A DNA stretch of 64,000 nucleotides from Malacoraja senta (Eukaryota). The stretch spans positions 186,001-250,000 of the forward strand of contig JAXLNO010000259.1 in the NCBI GenBank assembly GCA_038087875.1. Reading direction: 5' to 3'. Numbering within the stretch: position 1 is the first letter of the stretch; every line of letters begins with the position of its first letter. A program made the translations under genes and the position numbers. A model generated the notes under the pieces. That model made no database searches. It was not told the origin of the DNA and saw only the letters and a list, made by a program, of their open reading frames with translations. Shown in pieces: positions 25,621 through 39,717 of this stretch.

Positions 25621-27598
25621 TCATTTTTGAGTAGGGCGTTTGAGGAACTGAACTATCTCTGTTAAAAATTGTGAATGCTGTATGATTAAGAACATTCTAG
25701 GCTGAGATATATATTTAGACAAAATATTTATGTAAATAAGAACCGGATCCTTTACTTGTAAGTCCAGGATTGGCCAATTAAAACATTACTGATGTTTCGT
25801 AAAAGAAGACATGTTTGACTTTGTATGTATAACTGATTTACAACTTTGTTTTTTTTTAATTGCTTGAAATGTTTTGTCGCTGGATTTTAAATCAATTACA
25901 TTTTCAAGTCGTAGTGTTAGTCAAAGGGCTAGGATGTGTAATTTAGTGCTGAGGAATATTATTTGTTTATATTATATTAATTAATCTTGAACAATAAATA
26001 TGAGAATAACGGTGACTTGTTAAATGAGATTTATTGAAACTTTATTTTGGGAGAACCACAATGTTCTATATAATAGAACAGGAGTCTGTTAACAAACATA
26101 CATTTGGCCTAGCTCCCTGACAACAATGCATTTTTAATGAACCTTATCGGGGTTTTGTCTGATATTGAACTGCATTTTTATTTTGATTACTTTAAGTTTT
26201 TTTGCAATTAATCTTTCAGGCACTTTATTTAGGTTTTGGCTTCAATTAGATTTAGACACTACATGGATTGAATTTGTAAAGTTGCATACATTGTCATGGT
26301 TGATGGAAATTATTTACTAATATTGAACTTTTGCTCTGTCACGTTTATAGATAGTTGAGTTTAAACAATGATCTTTGTCAATTGCTTTGGATATGGAACA
26401 GTCTTTTGTATCCCAATAATGGCAGTTCTGTTGCCGACCTGTGTAAACGTGGCTTTGCAATGATGCTGAGGATCATGTCAATCTACACTAACAAAAATCT
26501 GTACTTTAAAAAATGTCTTCCTAAATTTGTAACGAGTTGTTCAGTGAAAATATTGCAATTATAGTGATCAATGTTAGTTGCTTGAATTCTGTTGGTTTTA
26601 TCTCAGCTACTGATAGAGTCGTACAGCTGGAAACGGACCCCTTGGCATAACTTGCCCACACCGACTAACATAGCCCATCTACACTAGTCCCATCTGACTG
26701 CATTTGGCCCAGATTCCTCTCAACCTATGTTAACCATGTTCCTGTTAAATATTTCTTCAATGTTGCAACTGGTGATAACTGCTGCAAACATGCTTGATGA
26801 TCATCTTTGATTGCATCTGGTTATTTTATGAAATATATTGAACCATAATTTGCTGTCAACATAATGAAATGATTCGAATCCCATAACATTATAAAGGCAA
26901 GTGTGACATTGAAAATATTTAAAGCCAAATAATAACCATTGGAGATTTCTCATTCCACGGCTCTGTTTGGAAAAAAAAGCCTTGTCTTGTGAAATCTCTG
27001 TACTTGTGTGCTAAAAGCAAAATATATGCTCCACAGATTATCCAATTAAGTAATTGTTGTCAACAATCTCCATCACTAGAAATTATATTCATTTGGAGTG
27101 TTGTTGATCCTCAAAATGCTTAAAACAATTATTTCTACTTTTCTGCCTTCTCTTAATCCATCTCATCCTTTATCAGACAAAAGGAAAGTGTTGTGAATAT
27201 TTATATCAGCTTCCCTATACACCTTATCTCTCATTTTTTTTTAAAATATTTTTTTATTGGAGATACGTACACAACCTAGTTACATCATTACAGTCTTACA
27301 TTTTTAAATTGATAATATTGTCAATTATTATTACATTGTCTCCAATACCTTTTGCCTTTTAAAAAAAAACAAAATAGAACTAAAGAGAAAGATGAAGTAA
27401 AGAAAGAAAAGAAAGAGAAGAAAAACAAAAAATAAATTTAAAAAAAAGAAAAAAGATAGTTAAAGAAGAATGGAAAAATTTATTAAAATAAAAAACTTCA
27501 TTCGAGATATATTCGTACATTTCTAAATATAGCATTTCATCCATTCTTTAGCCCGGGTGCTAGTCAGGTTCCTGTGCTGAACTGTTCTGACCCTTTAA

Positions 27599-30500
27599 TT
27601 AATCAATAAAAGGAGACCATGTTCCAACGAAAAATTCCTGTTTGTCCAACAGGGAGAATCTGATTCTTTCCACGTTTAAGGTCTCCGTCATTTCTATAAT
27701 CCACATTTTGATTGTGGGGGTCGTAGGGCCTTTCCAAAATTTTAGAATTAATTTTTTTCCTGTTATTAAACTATAATCAATAAAGTTTCTTTGTGTTGTT
27801 CTAAATGTTTGATTTAATTCTAATATTCCAAGTATTATTAATTTTGGATCTGGGTCCAATTGTGTGCTGGTTACTTTAGATATTATACTGAAAATATTTA
27901 CCCAGAATTTTTTAATTTTTATACAGTTTGCAAACATATAATAATAATAATAATAGATTTATTTTATATAGCGCTTTTCAGGACTCAAAGTCGCTTTACA
28001 ATTGAGAGTCAGGAATAAACAAAACATGTGAGATAAGGTAGCTTCTAAATGTTGACATTTATCACATATAGGTGAGATATGTTGAAATTTTTTATGTAGT
28101 TTTGTTTTTGAATAATGTAACCTATGTATTACTTTAAATTGTATTAGAGAATGTCTGGCGTTTAATGAACATTGATGTATGTGTTGCAAACTTTCTTCCC
28201 AAGTATCTTTCGTTATTATTTGATTTAATTCTTTTTCGCATGTTTGTCTGTGTAAGTCCGTCGATGGAATGTCACTGTCTAATAAGATATTATATATATA
28301 AGATATTAATTTTTCTGTATTAAGATGTTTGTTCCAACATTCATCAAGAATTTCTGAATTTCTAATCCGAAAATTTTGAGTATTCGATTTTACATAATCT
28401 CTAAGTTGAAGATATCTGAAATAATCATTTCCTCGAAGTCCATAAGTCTGTTGCAACTCCTGAAATGTCAGAAAAGTGCCTTCCTTGTAAAGTTGTCCCA
28501 TATTTTTAATTCCATAATTCTTACATTGTGTAAAACCCCCGTCCAACCATGAAGGCTTAAACAAAGGGTTATTCACAATTGGAAGAAAAAGTGATAAATT
28601 ATCAAATTTTAATGTATTTTTTAATTGTTTCCAAATTCGTATAGCACTAAGTATTATAGGGTTTTCCCTATAATTTTTTTTGTTTAAGTTAGACGTAGCA
28701 AATAATATCGAACCGATATCAAAAGGTAAACAATCTTCCTTTTCCATTTTTAACCAGTCTGGTTGATGATCTATTTCTTCCAACCAGAAATTCATATTTT
28801 TAATATTAATTGCCCAGAAATAAAACAAAAAGTTGGGTAAAACCAAGCCTCCATTTATTTTTTGATTTACACAAATGTCTTTTGTTTATCCTATGATTCT
28901 TATAATCCCAGATAAAATCATTAACAATAGAGTCCAGTTTTAAAAAAAAGTTTTTTGCCAGATATATCGGAATTGTCTGAAAAAGGTATAATATTTGAGG
29001 TAAAAAAGTCATTTTTATGGCATTAATTTTGCCAACCATTGAGATAGGAAGTGTTTTCCAGTATTGAATATTCTTATGTAGTTTATTCAGTAATGGTGGA
29101 AAATTTGCTTTAAATAATGATGTATATATCTTAGTTACATAAATACCTAGATATTTAAATTTTTCCTTTACTATTTTAAATGGAAATTGTTGTATTATCT
29201 GTTTGTTATGTTCCCTTATTGGCATAATTTCACTTTTATTCCAATTTATTCTGTATCCTGAAAGTGAACCAAATTGAGTTATTAGCTTTAATAAGTTTGG
29301 AATACTAATTTCTGGTTTTGTAATGTAAATTAATACATCATCTGCGTATAGAGAAATTTTATTCACTGTGTCCTTTGTGTTATACCCGTGTATTTCCGGA
29401 TGCGCCCTGACTCTTTCTGCAAGTGGCTCAATAGCAAGCGCAAATAATAATGGAGATAACGGGCATCCTTGTCTACAACCTCTAGATAGGCTAAATTTAG
29501 ATGACAACCTTTGGTTTGTAAATATTCTAGCCGTGGGATTTGTATATAACAGTTTTATCCATGTACAGAATTTCTCCCCTAGCTGCATATTTTCCATCAC
29601 CGAAAATAAATAAGACCATTCGACCTGATCAAATGCTTTTTCAGCGTCAAGTGAGATTATTGCTAGATCTTCATTAATAATTCTCTTGGAATATATAATA
29701 TTAAATAATCTTCTTAGATTATAATATGAGTACCGTTTCTGAATAAAGCCTGTTTGGTCAGGGTGTATTAATTTATTCATCACTGTACTTAATCTATGCG
29801 CTAGTATTTTAGTTAATATTTTCTGATCTGTATTTAAAAGTGCAATTGCTCTATATAATCCCGGGTCTTCCGGATCTTTATCAGCTTTAGGAATAAGTGT
29901 TATTATAGATTCATTTAAAGTGTCTGGAAGTTTCTGTTGAGTATAGATATACTCATACAGTCTTTGTAAACGTGGGCAAAGCAAATCATAATTTTTTTTA
30001 TAAAATTCGGAGCCTAAACCATCTGGTCCTACTGCTTTACCATTTTTTAAAGAGCCAATAGACTCCTCAATATCTTTTATGGTAATCTCCCTTTCTAATA
30101 ATATTCTATCGTTTGAATCTAAACCTTTTAAATTACATTTTAGTAAAAAAATCTGCTATTCCTTCTGATTGTCCTACGGTTTTAGTTGAATAAAGGTTAT
30201 GATAGTATTGGAGAAATCTATCATTTATGTCCTTGGGCATTTTTAATAATTCTCCTGTCTCTGTTCTAATTTTATGAATTATTTTTTCCCCTTCCATTTT
30301 TCGTAACTGACGTGCAAATAGTTTTTGTGGTTTGTCTCCAAATTCAAAATGTAATTGTTTGGTTTTTTGATAAAGTTTTATTACTTGTTCTGAATACATT
30401 TTATTTAATTTATATTTCAATACAGCAATTTTATTATGTTTTAAAATAGATGGCATTCTCGCATTTTCTATATCTAGTTGCTAGATTTCACTTTCCAATG

Positions 30501-31465
30501 TTTGTTGCTTAATCCTGTTCTCTTTATTATAAAATGCTTGAGCGGAAATTAATGTACCTCGAACAAACGCTTTAAACGTTTCCCACATAAGAGAAGTAGG
30601 TGTGTCAGGGTTGTCATTTACCTCAAAACATATTTGAATCTGTTTAATAATATATTCCTGGCATGATCTTTCGTTCAAAATTTGTGGGTTAAATCTCCAA
30701 TATGTTTGTTTCTCGGACATTCCATTTAATTTAATCATGAATGTTACAGGTGCGTGATCTGAGATTATAATGTTATGGTATTTTGAATTATAAATAAATG
30801 GGATAAACATAGAGTCAACTAAAAAATAATCTAGTCTTGAGTATGTTTTATGTACTGGTGAGTAAAATGAATATTCCCGTCCAGTTGGGTTTTCTATTCT
30901 CCAGACATCCTTAATATTAGTGGTATTAATAAATGAATTTAGAAATACACTTGATTGAGATTTTACTTTTTTTTGCCTTGATGATCTATCTAAGTATGAA
31001 TCTAATGTACAATTGAAGTCTCCTCCAATTATTAATTTATATTGTGTAAATTCAGGAATTTTATTAAATGTTTTATTAAAAAACATGGGGTTATCAAAGT
31101 TAGGCCCATATACATTAAGAAGAATCACTTTTTCTCCATTTAACTCTCCAACTAATATAATATATCTACCATCAATATCCACTATTGTTGAAGAGTTCGT
31201 AAAAGGTATTCCTTTACGAATTAATATTGCAACTCCTCTGGACTTATGGGAAAAAGAGGAATGATATGATTCAGCGATCCACTTAGCTTTAAGTCTATGT
31301 TGAGATTCCTTTTTAAGGTGTGTTTCTTGGAGAAATATTATATCTGTTTTGATTAAGTTTAGATGTGACAAAACTTTACCTCTCTTAATTGGTTCATTAA
31401 TTCCCTTGACATTCCAACTACAAAATGTTATTCCCTGACCCCCTCTTGTCATATTAACATCTTGC
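27599..31465 (-). pseudogene. L1 ORF2p (APE, RT, CCHC), frameshifted
   Basis: SWNVKG, LQETH, GGDFN, ISDH; LDAEKAFD, GCRQGCPLSP, LYADD; CDKC...HMF. Confidence 0.92.
27938..28021 (-). mobile_element. 84-bp L2-type 3' tail insertion in L1, 6-bp TSD aaacat
   Basis: Minus strand tgtaaagcgactttgag...aaagcgctatataaaataaatct(att)n; aaacat at 27932 and 28022. Confidence 0.7.
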
Positions 31466-32478
31466 ATATTGTTTCTAAGGTGGTCTATAACCGAGCAGAA
31501 GGTACAACACATAAAACCTGACCCTGCTACCGAACTTCAGATAGATGAATTTAAAATCATATACATCGCTCTTCCGAACACATCTCCTTGTATTAGACTT
31601 GTTTTTCCATTCAAACATTAAGTTATAAAAATATTTAAAGTGAAAAAAGTGATAGAAGTGATTAGTAAAGGGTGAAAGAGAAAGAACTACATCTACAATT
31701 AGTGTAGTTAGTGATAGCCACACTAACGTGGCTAGTATTCTAAAGACTTCCGTAGCCTTTGTAAGAAAAAAAAATTCCCAGCTCCGTGCCCTAAGAAAAA
31801 GAAAGATTATTTCTAACATTCAAATAACTTCTTTGGGAGTAACAAACTTATATACATACCCATACATACACACACACAATATACATACATATATATATAT
31901 ATGTATATATACCCATGTGCATACATACATAAGCACGTATCCCTGCAGAAAAGTTCAGGAATAGCAAAAATTCACAACGTTATTATTCTCTACATATCAT
32001 ATTAATTTCTTCGCTAAATCTATAAATTTAATTTTAAATTGAAAAATAAAGAGAAAAACCGTCAAGTTTTATTATGATGTAAGCTAATTTACCTCTTGCA
32101 TATCCTCTTATATAATATAAGTATGTAATTCATTTCTACGTTAATCAAAGACTATTAATTATTAATCATTGTTATCAATCATATACAGTATTAAATTTTT
32201 ATGAGAAATGTTAATGTTAATAATTTTAGTGGTAATATGGATATTTAATAAGTATTAGTTGTTACATATATAGTTAGATATGAATATACAGATAATAATA
32301 ATGATTAGTAAAAAAAAAAAAGTTAAAAAAAAAAAAATACAAAGATCACGGTTTTCTCCAATGTCCTCCGTCCATTTCGGTTTTCGAATGTCCTTAAAGC
32401 TCTTAAAAGAACTTTAAAGGTCCTTTTTGATCTGGCGGTCCTGTTAGTCCTTGACTCCTAAGGAGTAAAGTAAATTCT

Positions 32479-33552
32479 TCAGTCTACGGTCACGTTCCCG
32501 ATTTCTTTGGCATATTCCAGTGCTTTTTCGTGGTCTGTGAAAAATTGCTCCTTGGACTTGTAGGTGACTCTTAGTCTTGCGGGATAAAGCAGGCCGTATC
32601 TCAAACCAGGTACATTCTTCAGTATTCTTTTTGTCTCAGTAAACAGCGCTCTTTTCTTGAAGACTTCTGCCGGATAATCTCGGTAAATACTGAATCTCAC
32701 ACCTTCAAAAAGGAGCTGTCCGCCTCGAACAATTTTCTTCATTATATCGTCAAATTCATGATCCAGTTGCACCTTTACGATAATTTGTCTTGGATGGGCA
32801 TCATCTTGTGTACGACGTCGCTGCGCTCTATGAGTTCGACCGAGTGAAGGTTTGTGATCCAATGTTAAGGCTTTTTGTAATAGGTCTGCCACAAAGTCCC
32901 GAGAGCCCATTTCCTTCTCACTTCCTTCTTTCACCCCTACAATTCTTAGGTTCTTACGTCTTTGACGTCCCTCCAAATCGGTACATTTATCACTTAATTT
33001 GATCACCATATCGGAGAGGCGTTGGTTTTCAGTAAGGAGTCGACTTACAGTTTCCGCACTTGTCGCCGCCCATTTCTCAAGTTCGGTTATCGCTGTTCTA
33101 TGTTGATCAAGTTCGTGATGAATGGGGGCCACATCCATATTGACGTTCGCTTCCACCGAAACGAGCCTGGTTTCCAGCGCTTCCATCTGATCCTTGACTT
33201 CTTCCTCCGTCGTCCTTTTCCAGATTTCCAGTATTTGTTGAACGGTAGAAAGCATTTCTGCTTTAAAATCTACCTTAAAAGAGTAAAGATCCTCTTTAAA
33301 TTTCTCTCCAAAATTCTCTCCAAAGGTTTTCAATTCGGCAACGAGAAAAGTTTTAAGATCCTCCATTTCAGACTTTTTCTGTTTTACTTTCTTCGGAGGG
33401 TCTTCCTGGGGCGTCGTTGTAACTGAGGCCGAGGCCTCTGTAGGGCCTTCCTCTTCCGTCTGCAGTTTCCCTTTAACGGCTTTTTTTTGTGTCACACTGG
33501 TGGGGGTACGTTGTAACGACATACCGTAAAGTAACGCGCCTGATGACGTCAC
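32479..33552 (-). CDS. L1 ORF1p (coiled coil plus RRM/CTD), open; real start may be MSLQR near 33522
   Basis: DLEGRQRRKNLRIVGVKE, RTHR, IYRDY, YGLLYPARLRV motifs. Confidence 0.88.
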   Translation of the reverse strand: MTSSGALLYGMSLQRTPTSVTQKKAVKGKLQTEEEGPTEASASVTTTPQEDPPKKVKQKKSEMEDLKTFLVAELKTFGENFGEKFKEDLYSFKVDFKAEMLSTVQQILEIWKRTTEEEVKDQMEALETRLVSVEANVNMDVAPIHHELDQHRTAITELEKWAATSAETVSRLLTENQRLSDMVIKLSDKCTDLEGRQRRKNLRIVGVKEGSEKEMGSRDFVADLLQKALTLDHKPSLGRTHRAQRRRTQDDAHPRQIIVKVQLDHEFDDIMKKIVRGGQLLFEGVRFSIYRDYPAEVFKKRALFTETKRILKNVPGLRYGLLYPARLRVTYKSKEQFFTDHEKALEYAKEIGNVTVD

Positions 33553-33761
33553 GCAGGCAGCCGTTCAGATCGCGATCGCTGCAGGTAAGACCCGATTTTC
33601 TCCCGTTTTTAGTTTCTTCGGCACGGAGCTAGTTGGCGCTGGACTCAAGCCTCCATAGCGCCACCGGAAGTCCCTTATCTCTCATTTTGACCCATTCTAA
33701 TTCTTTATCACTTTGTTCACTATTTCTCTCCCCTTTGCAGTTTATTCTCAAAGCTCTACAG

Positions 33762-33825
33762 GGTGGCGCAGCGGTAGAGTCGTTGCCTCACTCTACCAGA
33801 GACCCGGTTTGATCCTGACCACTAG
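33762..33825 (+). mobile_element. tRNA-derived SINE head (A and B boxes)
   Basis: tggcgcagcggtagag ... ggtttgatcctgacc. Confidence 0.65.
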
Positions 33826-34780
33826 TCACAGGCCTCTTGTCTGAAAAACGATCTCCCACCACCACTATCTTCTTGCTCCCTACCCTGAGATTAATTCTGT
33901 ATCCATTTAGCCAGCTTGCATGTGATCTAACCCACTCGAGCAACCTACCATGCAAAAGCTTGTCAAGGCCTCGCTGGCCCATAGAGACAATGTCCACAGC
34001 ACTGCCCTTATCAACCTTCCTGGTTACATTAAAAAAACTCAATCAAATTCTTGCAATGCAATCTCCTACTTACAAAACCATGCTTTCAATCCAAAGCCAT
34101 ATATCTGATCCCTCAGAATGCTCTCCAATAACTTTTCTATGACAGATTTTAGCATTACATGTTCGCTTTATTTGTGACCTTTTTTAAATAGAGGCACCTA
34201 TATTAGCTACCCTTCCATCCTCGAGAACGTTACCTGAGTCAAACGATGCTTTATATATCTAAGAGTGAACATCTGCAATTTTTTCTCTAGCTTCCTTAAG
34301 TGTCCTTGGATATTTTGAATTGGGCCCTGGAGAATTATATTGCATCATACATCTTGGGACTCAAGAACCTCCTCAGCTGTAATTATCGTCATGTCTTTAT
34401 CCATGGAAACAACAGAGCAGAAATATTCATAGGCTCTCTTGCCCTTCTCCTGAAGCTCCATGCATATATTAGACTTTGGTTTCTGAGGGGCTATATATTT
34501 CTATCTAACTACCTTTTTTCCATTAACATACATATAAAATCTATTTTGGATTCTCCTTAATCTTAGCTGCCAGTGTTATCCTATGTCTTCTATAGATTTC
34601 CGTCTTGAATATGCTTCTCAATCCCCAATATCGTCCAGGGATACACTTGATCCTGGTTGCCCATTCCTGATTTATGCCTCCTTTTTCCTGACCAGGGCCT
34701 CAATTACTCTTGTCAGCCAGAGATCCTTATTACCAGCTGCCATGCATTTGACAATGATGGGAACATGTATACCATGAGCT
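33820..34780 (-). mobile_element. Old degraded CR1 ORF2 fragment
   Basis: FFNVTRKVDKGSAVDIV...FSDKRPVTSG (33788-34042). Confidence 0.7.
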
Positions 34781-35239
34781 CTTACGATACGATACTATAG
34801 AACTTTATTTATCCTAGGAAGGAAGTTGATCTGCCAACACGTCATAAAAACACAAAATAAATGAAACATGAAATTAAAGTGACGTGTGGAAAGGATTGGG
34901 GATGTGCAAAGATTGGGGAGTGGGGTTGGGGGAAGGGAAGTCGCTCTACCCCACGACAGAAGGAGGAGGAGTTGTACAGTTTAGCCATCACACGTTTAAA
35001 AGGATCGCACTTTCTGGATGTCCTTTTCATGATAAAAAACAACTTACTCCAATTAACGTTCCAATCTAAAACCTTCAAAATTGCAGTTGCACAAATTTTA
35101 ATCTTGAAATTGGGAGCTAGCCCCGTCCTTATCCACACCTATTTTAAAGCTAGCAGAACTGCGTGCTGGTCCCAAAAGGCTCGCCCACTGACTTCAGTCA
35201 ATTGCCCCATTCCAAGTCCCTCTGAGTAAGTAGGCAAAG

Positions 35240-37080
35240 ATCATTAGTAAAGAAAGCAAACTCAATGGTAGCATTTATTTCAAGAGGGCTTATATACAAA
35301 AACAGGGATGTAATGTTGAGGCTCTATAAGGCCACATTTGGAATATTGTAAACAATTGTGGACACCATACCCGAGGAAGGATGTGCTGGCTGTGGAGAGG
35401 GTCCAGAGGAGGTTTACAAGAATGATCCTCGGAATGAGTAGGTTAACCTATAATGAGAGTTTGTGGGCACTGGGCGTGTACTCGCTGGAGTTTAGAAGAA
35501 TGAAGGGGGGGCCTCATTGATGCAAACGGAATAGTGAAAGGTATGGATAGATTGGATGTGGAGAGGATGTTTCCACCAGCGGGAAAGTCTAGGTCTAGAG
35601 GTCATAGCCTCAGAATTAAAAGATATTCTTTTAAGAAGGAGATGAGGAGAAATTTATTTCGTCAGAGGGTGGTAAATCGATAGAATTCTTTGCCACAGAA
35701 GGCTGTGGACATCGTCTGTTGATATCTTTAAGGCACAGATATATATTCATAGAAAAATAGAAATATGTGCAGGAGGAGGCCATTTGGCCCATTGAGACAG
35801 CACTGCCATTCATTGCTGATTATCCACAATCAGTAACCCGTGCTTTCCTTCCCTTTCCTTTATTCACTGTAGAAGGATGAGGGGAGGTCTTATAGAAACA
35901 TACAACAATTATAATAGGATGGACAAGCTAGATGCAGGAAAAATGTTCCCAATGTTGGGCGAGTCCAGAACCAGGGGCCAAAGTCTTAGACTAAGTGGAG
36001 GCCATTTAAGACTGAGGTGAGAAAAAACTTTTTCACCCAGAGAGTTGTGAATTTGTGGAATTCCCTGCTACAGAGGGCAGTGGAGGCCAAATCACTGGAT
36101 GCATTTAAGAGAGAGTGAGATAGAGCTCTAGGGGCTAGTGGAATCAAGAGATATGGGGAGAAGGCAGGCACTGGTTATTGATTGGGGATGATCAGCCATG
36201 ATCACAATGAATGGCGGTGCTGGCTCGACGGGCTGAATGGCCTCCTCCTGCACCTATTTTCTATGTTTCTATGTTTCTCCCCATATACATTGATTCCTCG
36301 AGTCTTTAGAGGTCTATCTAACTCTCTTTTAACTCCATCCAGTGAATTTGCCTCCACTGCCTTCTGTGGCAAATATTCCACAAATTCATAACTCTCTGGG
36401 TGAAAACGTTTTTTTCTTATCTCTATTTTAAATGGCCTCCCCTTTATTCTTAGACTGTGGCCCCTGGTTCTGGACACCCCCAAAATTAGGAACATTTTCC
36501 TGCGTCTAGCTTGTCCAGTCCTTTTATAATTTCACATGTTTCTATAAGATCCCCTCTCAAGCTTCAAAACTCCAGTAAATACAAGCCCAGTCTTTTCAAT
36601 CTTTCCTCATATAACAGTTCCGCCATCCTGGGGATAAACCTCGTGAACCTATGCTGCACTACCTCAATAGCAAGGATGTCCTTCCTCAAATTAGGAGACC
36701 AAAACTGCACATCATACTCCAGATGTGGTTTCCCCAGGGCCCTGTACAACTGCAGAAGGACCTCTTTACTCATATACTCAAATCCTCTCGTTATGAACGC
36801 TAGCATGCCACTAGCTTTCTTCACTGTCTGGTGTACCTGCATGTTTACTTTCAGTGACTGGTGTACAAGGACACCCAGGTCTCGTTGCACTTCCCTATTT
36901 TATGATCTGACATCATTGAGATAATAATCTGCATCCTTGTTCTTGCCTCCAAAGTGGATAACCTCACATTTATCTACATTATACTGCATCTGCAATGCAT
37001 CTGCCCACTCACTCAATCTGTTCAACACACCCTGCAACCTCCTAGCATCCTCTTTGCAGTTCACACTGCCACCCAGCTTC
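35240..37080. mobile_element. Cluster of CR1 3' fragments: + 35240-35745, - 35747-37080, with a + copy 35860-36273 nested in antisense
   Basis: EYCKQLW/VQRRFTR motifs; tails at 35747 (catagaaa) and 36258-36273 (ttctatgt). Confidence 0.75.
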
Positions 37081-39717
37081 CTGGACTTTGAAGTTGCCTA
37101 ACCAGGCCACGATGCAACCAGTTAGAATGCTCTCTACCGTGCACATGTAGAAGTTTAGGAGAATCCGCTTCAAAATGCCGAATCTCCTTAATCTTCTCAG
37201 GAAGTAGAGTCGCTGATGTGCCTTCTTTATAATTGCATCGGTGTGCTGGGTCCAGGAAAGATCTTCTGATATATGCACGCACAGGAATCTGAAGGTATTG
37301 TCCCTCTCCACGATCGTCCCGTTGATATAAACAGGTTTGTGTGTACTCATCCTTCCCCTACTAAAATCCACGATCAGTTCCTTGGTCTTACTGATGTTGA
37401 GAGCCAGGTTGTTGTGCTGGCACCATTTGTTCAGTCCGTCGATCTCACTTCTATACTCTGACTCGTCCCCATCTGTGATTTGTCCAACCACAGTGGTGTC
37501 GTCGACGAATTTGATGATGGAGGTCGCACTATGACCGGCTGCGCAGTCATGGTATAGAGTGAGTAAAGCAGGTGTGAGTAAAGCAAATGTGAAATTGGGA
37601 ATTTCCTGTGACATTAGGATGAGGTGTTGTTTCTTGAAGTTCATTGAACGATGTAAGAAACCAAGAACAGATCTAAACAAAGATCCCAATGGTCCGCATG
37701 TTATTGGTGCAGAGGCAGCATCTCTGGAGAGAACCAATGGATGATATTTTGGGTCGAGACCATTCTTTTGACTGATGAATGATTCAATTGTTGTGCTCTG
37801 CAGAGCAGTCACCCAATTGGCTGTTTTGCCTCCCTGATACATCAATAGGCAAGCAACACCTGCTCCTTTGTCTCCTTAATTTTCTTGGTCCATAACAATG
37901 AAGCAGCAGTAGAGCTGCTGGCTGACAGTGCCAAAGACCTGGTTTCGATCCTGACCTTGTGTATTGCCTGTGTGGAGTTTGAACGTTTTCCATGTGACTG
38001 CGTGGGTTTCCTCTGGGAGCTCGGGTTTCCTGTAGGTTTTTTGAAGGTTAATTCATAAACTGTAAATTGTCCATGGGAATTGGAATGAGGTGGAGGATAA
38101 ATTAGGAACATTTTCCTGCGTCTAGCTTGTCCAGTCCTTTTATAATTTCACATGTTTCTATAAGATCCCCTCTCAAGCTTCAAAATTCCAGTAAATACAA
38201 GCCCAGTCTTTTCAATCTTTCCTCATATAACAGTTCCGCCATCCTGGGGATAAACCTCGTGAACCTATGCTGCACTACCTCAATAGCAAGGATGTCCTTC
38301 CTCAAATTAGGAGACCAAAACTGCACATCATACTCCAGATGTGGTTTCACCAGGGCCCTGTAAAACTGCAGAAGGACCTCTTTACTCATATACTCAAATC
38401 CTCTCGTTATGAACGCTAGCATGCCACTAGCTTTCTTCACTGTCTGGTGTACCTGCATGTTTACTTTCAGTGACTGGTGTACAAGGACACCCAGGTCTCG
38501 TTGCACTTCCCTTTTTCATGACCTGACATCATTGAGATAATAATCTGCATCCTTGTTCTTGCCTCCAAAGTGGATAACCTCACATTTATCTACATTATAC
38601 TGCATCTGCAATGCATCTGCCCACTCACTCAACCTGTTCAACACACCCTGCAACCTCCTAGCATCCTCTTTGCAGTTCACACTGCCACCCAGCTTCCTGG
38701 ACTTTGAAGTTGCCTAACCAGGCCACGATGCAACCAGTTAGAATGCTCTCTACCGTGCACATGTAGAAGTTTAGGAGAATCCGCTTCAAAATGCCGAATC
38801 TCCTTAATCTTCTCAGGAAGTAGAGTCGCTGATGTGCCTTCTTTACAATTGCATCGGTGTGCTGGGTCCAGGAAAGATCTTCTGATATATGCACGCACAG
38901 GAATCTGAAGGTATTGTCCCTCTCCACGATCGTCCCGTTGATATAAACAGGATTGTGTGTACTCATCCTTCCCCTACTAAAGTCCACAATCAGTTCCTTG
39001 GTCTTACTGATGTTGAGAGCCAGGTTGTTGTGCTGGCACCATTTGTTCAGTCCGTCGATCTCACTTCTATACTCTGACTCGTCCCCATCTGTGATTTGTC
39101 CAACCACAGTGGTGTCGTCGGCGAATTTGATGATGGAGGTCGCACTATGACCGGCTGCGCAGTCATGGTATAGAGTGAGTAAAGCAGGTGTGAGTAAAGC
39201 AAATGTGAAATTGGGAATTTCCTGTGACATTAGGATGAGGTGTTGTTTCTTGAACTTCATTGAACAATGTAAGAAACCAAGAACAGATCTAAACAAAGAT
39301 CCCAATGGTCCGCATGTTATTGCTGGAGAGGCAGCATCTCTGGAGAGAACCAATGGATGATATTTTGGGTCGAGTCCATTCTTCTGACTGATGAATGATT
39401 CAATTGTTGTGCTCTGCAGAGCAGTCACCCATTTGCTGTTTTGCCTCCCTGATACATCAATAGGCAAGCAACACCTGCTGCTTTGTCTCCTTAATTTTCT
39501 AGGTCCATAACAATGAAGCAGCAGTAGAGCTGCTGGCTGACAGTGCCAAAGACGTGGTTTCGATCCTGACCTTGTGTATTGCCTGTGTGGAGTTTGAACG
39601 TTTTCCATGTGACTGCGTGGGTTTCCTCTGGGAGCTCGGGTTTCCTGTAGGTTTTTTGTAGGTTAATTCATAAACTGTAAATTGTCCATGGGAATTGGAA
39701 TGAGGTGGAGGATAAAT
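36483..39717. repeat. Tandem duplication of a ~1,616-bp composite unit (CR1-, Rex1-, PLE remnant, SINE+, CR1+)
   Basis: 36511 aligns with 38127; junction gata-aat-tagg with 4-bp microhomology aaat at 36483, 38099 and 39714. Confidence 0.93.
37080..37575 (-). mobile_element. Rex1/Babar RT fragment, duplicated at 38696-39190
   Basis: LYHDC...IIKFADDTTVVG...KTKELIVDF...KKAHQRLYFLRRL. Confidence 0.85.

Larger units (their letters stand above)
27238..33672 (-). mobile_element. Full-length L1 LINE with TSD
   Basis: TSD ccttatctctcatttt at 27222-27237 and 33673-33688; A-rich 3' end; 5' start (g)gacttccggtggcg; ORF1 and ORF2 present. Confidence 0.95.

Noticed and set aside
25620..27230. AT-rich unique region as a 3' UTR or gene
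   Set aside because: No convincing ORF or splice structure; it includes an old CR1 tail (~26610-26770) and cannot be supported from sequence alone
33762..33825. tRNA gene
   Set aside because: A and B boxes only, no complete cloverleaf; matches the SINE heads at ~37900 and ~39515
37042..39608. 267-aa and 316-aa ORFs as genes
   Set aside because: Chimeras of a Rex1 RT fragment with SINE, PLE and CR1 remnants inside the duplication
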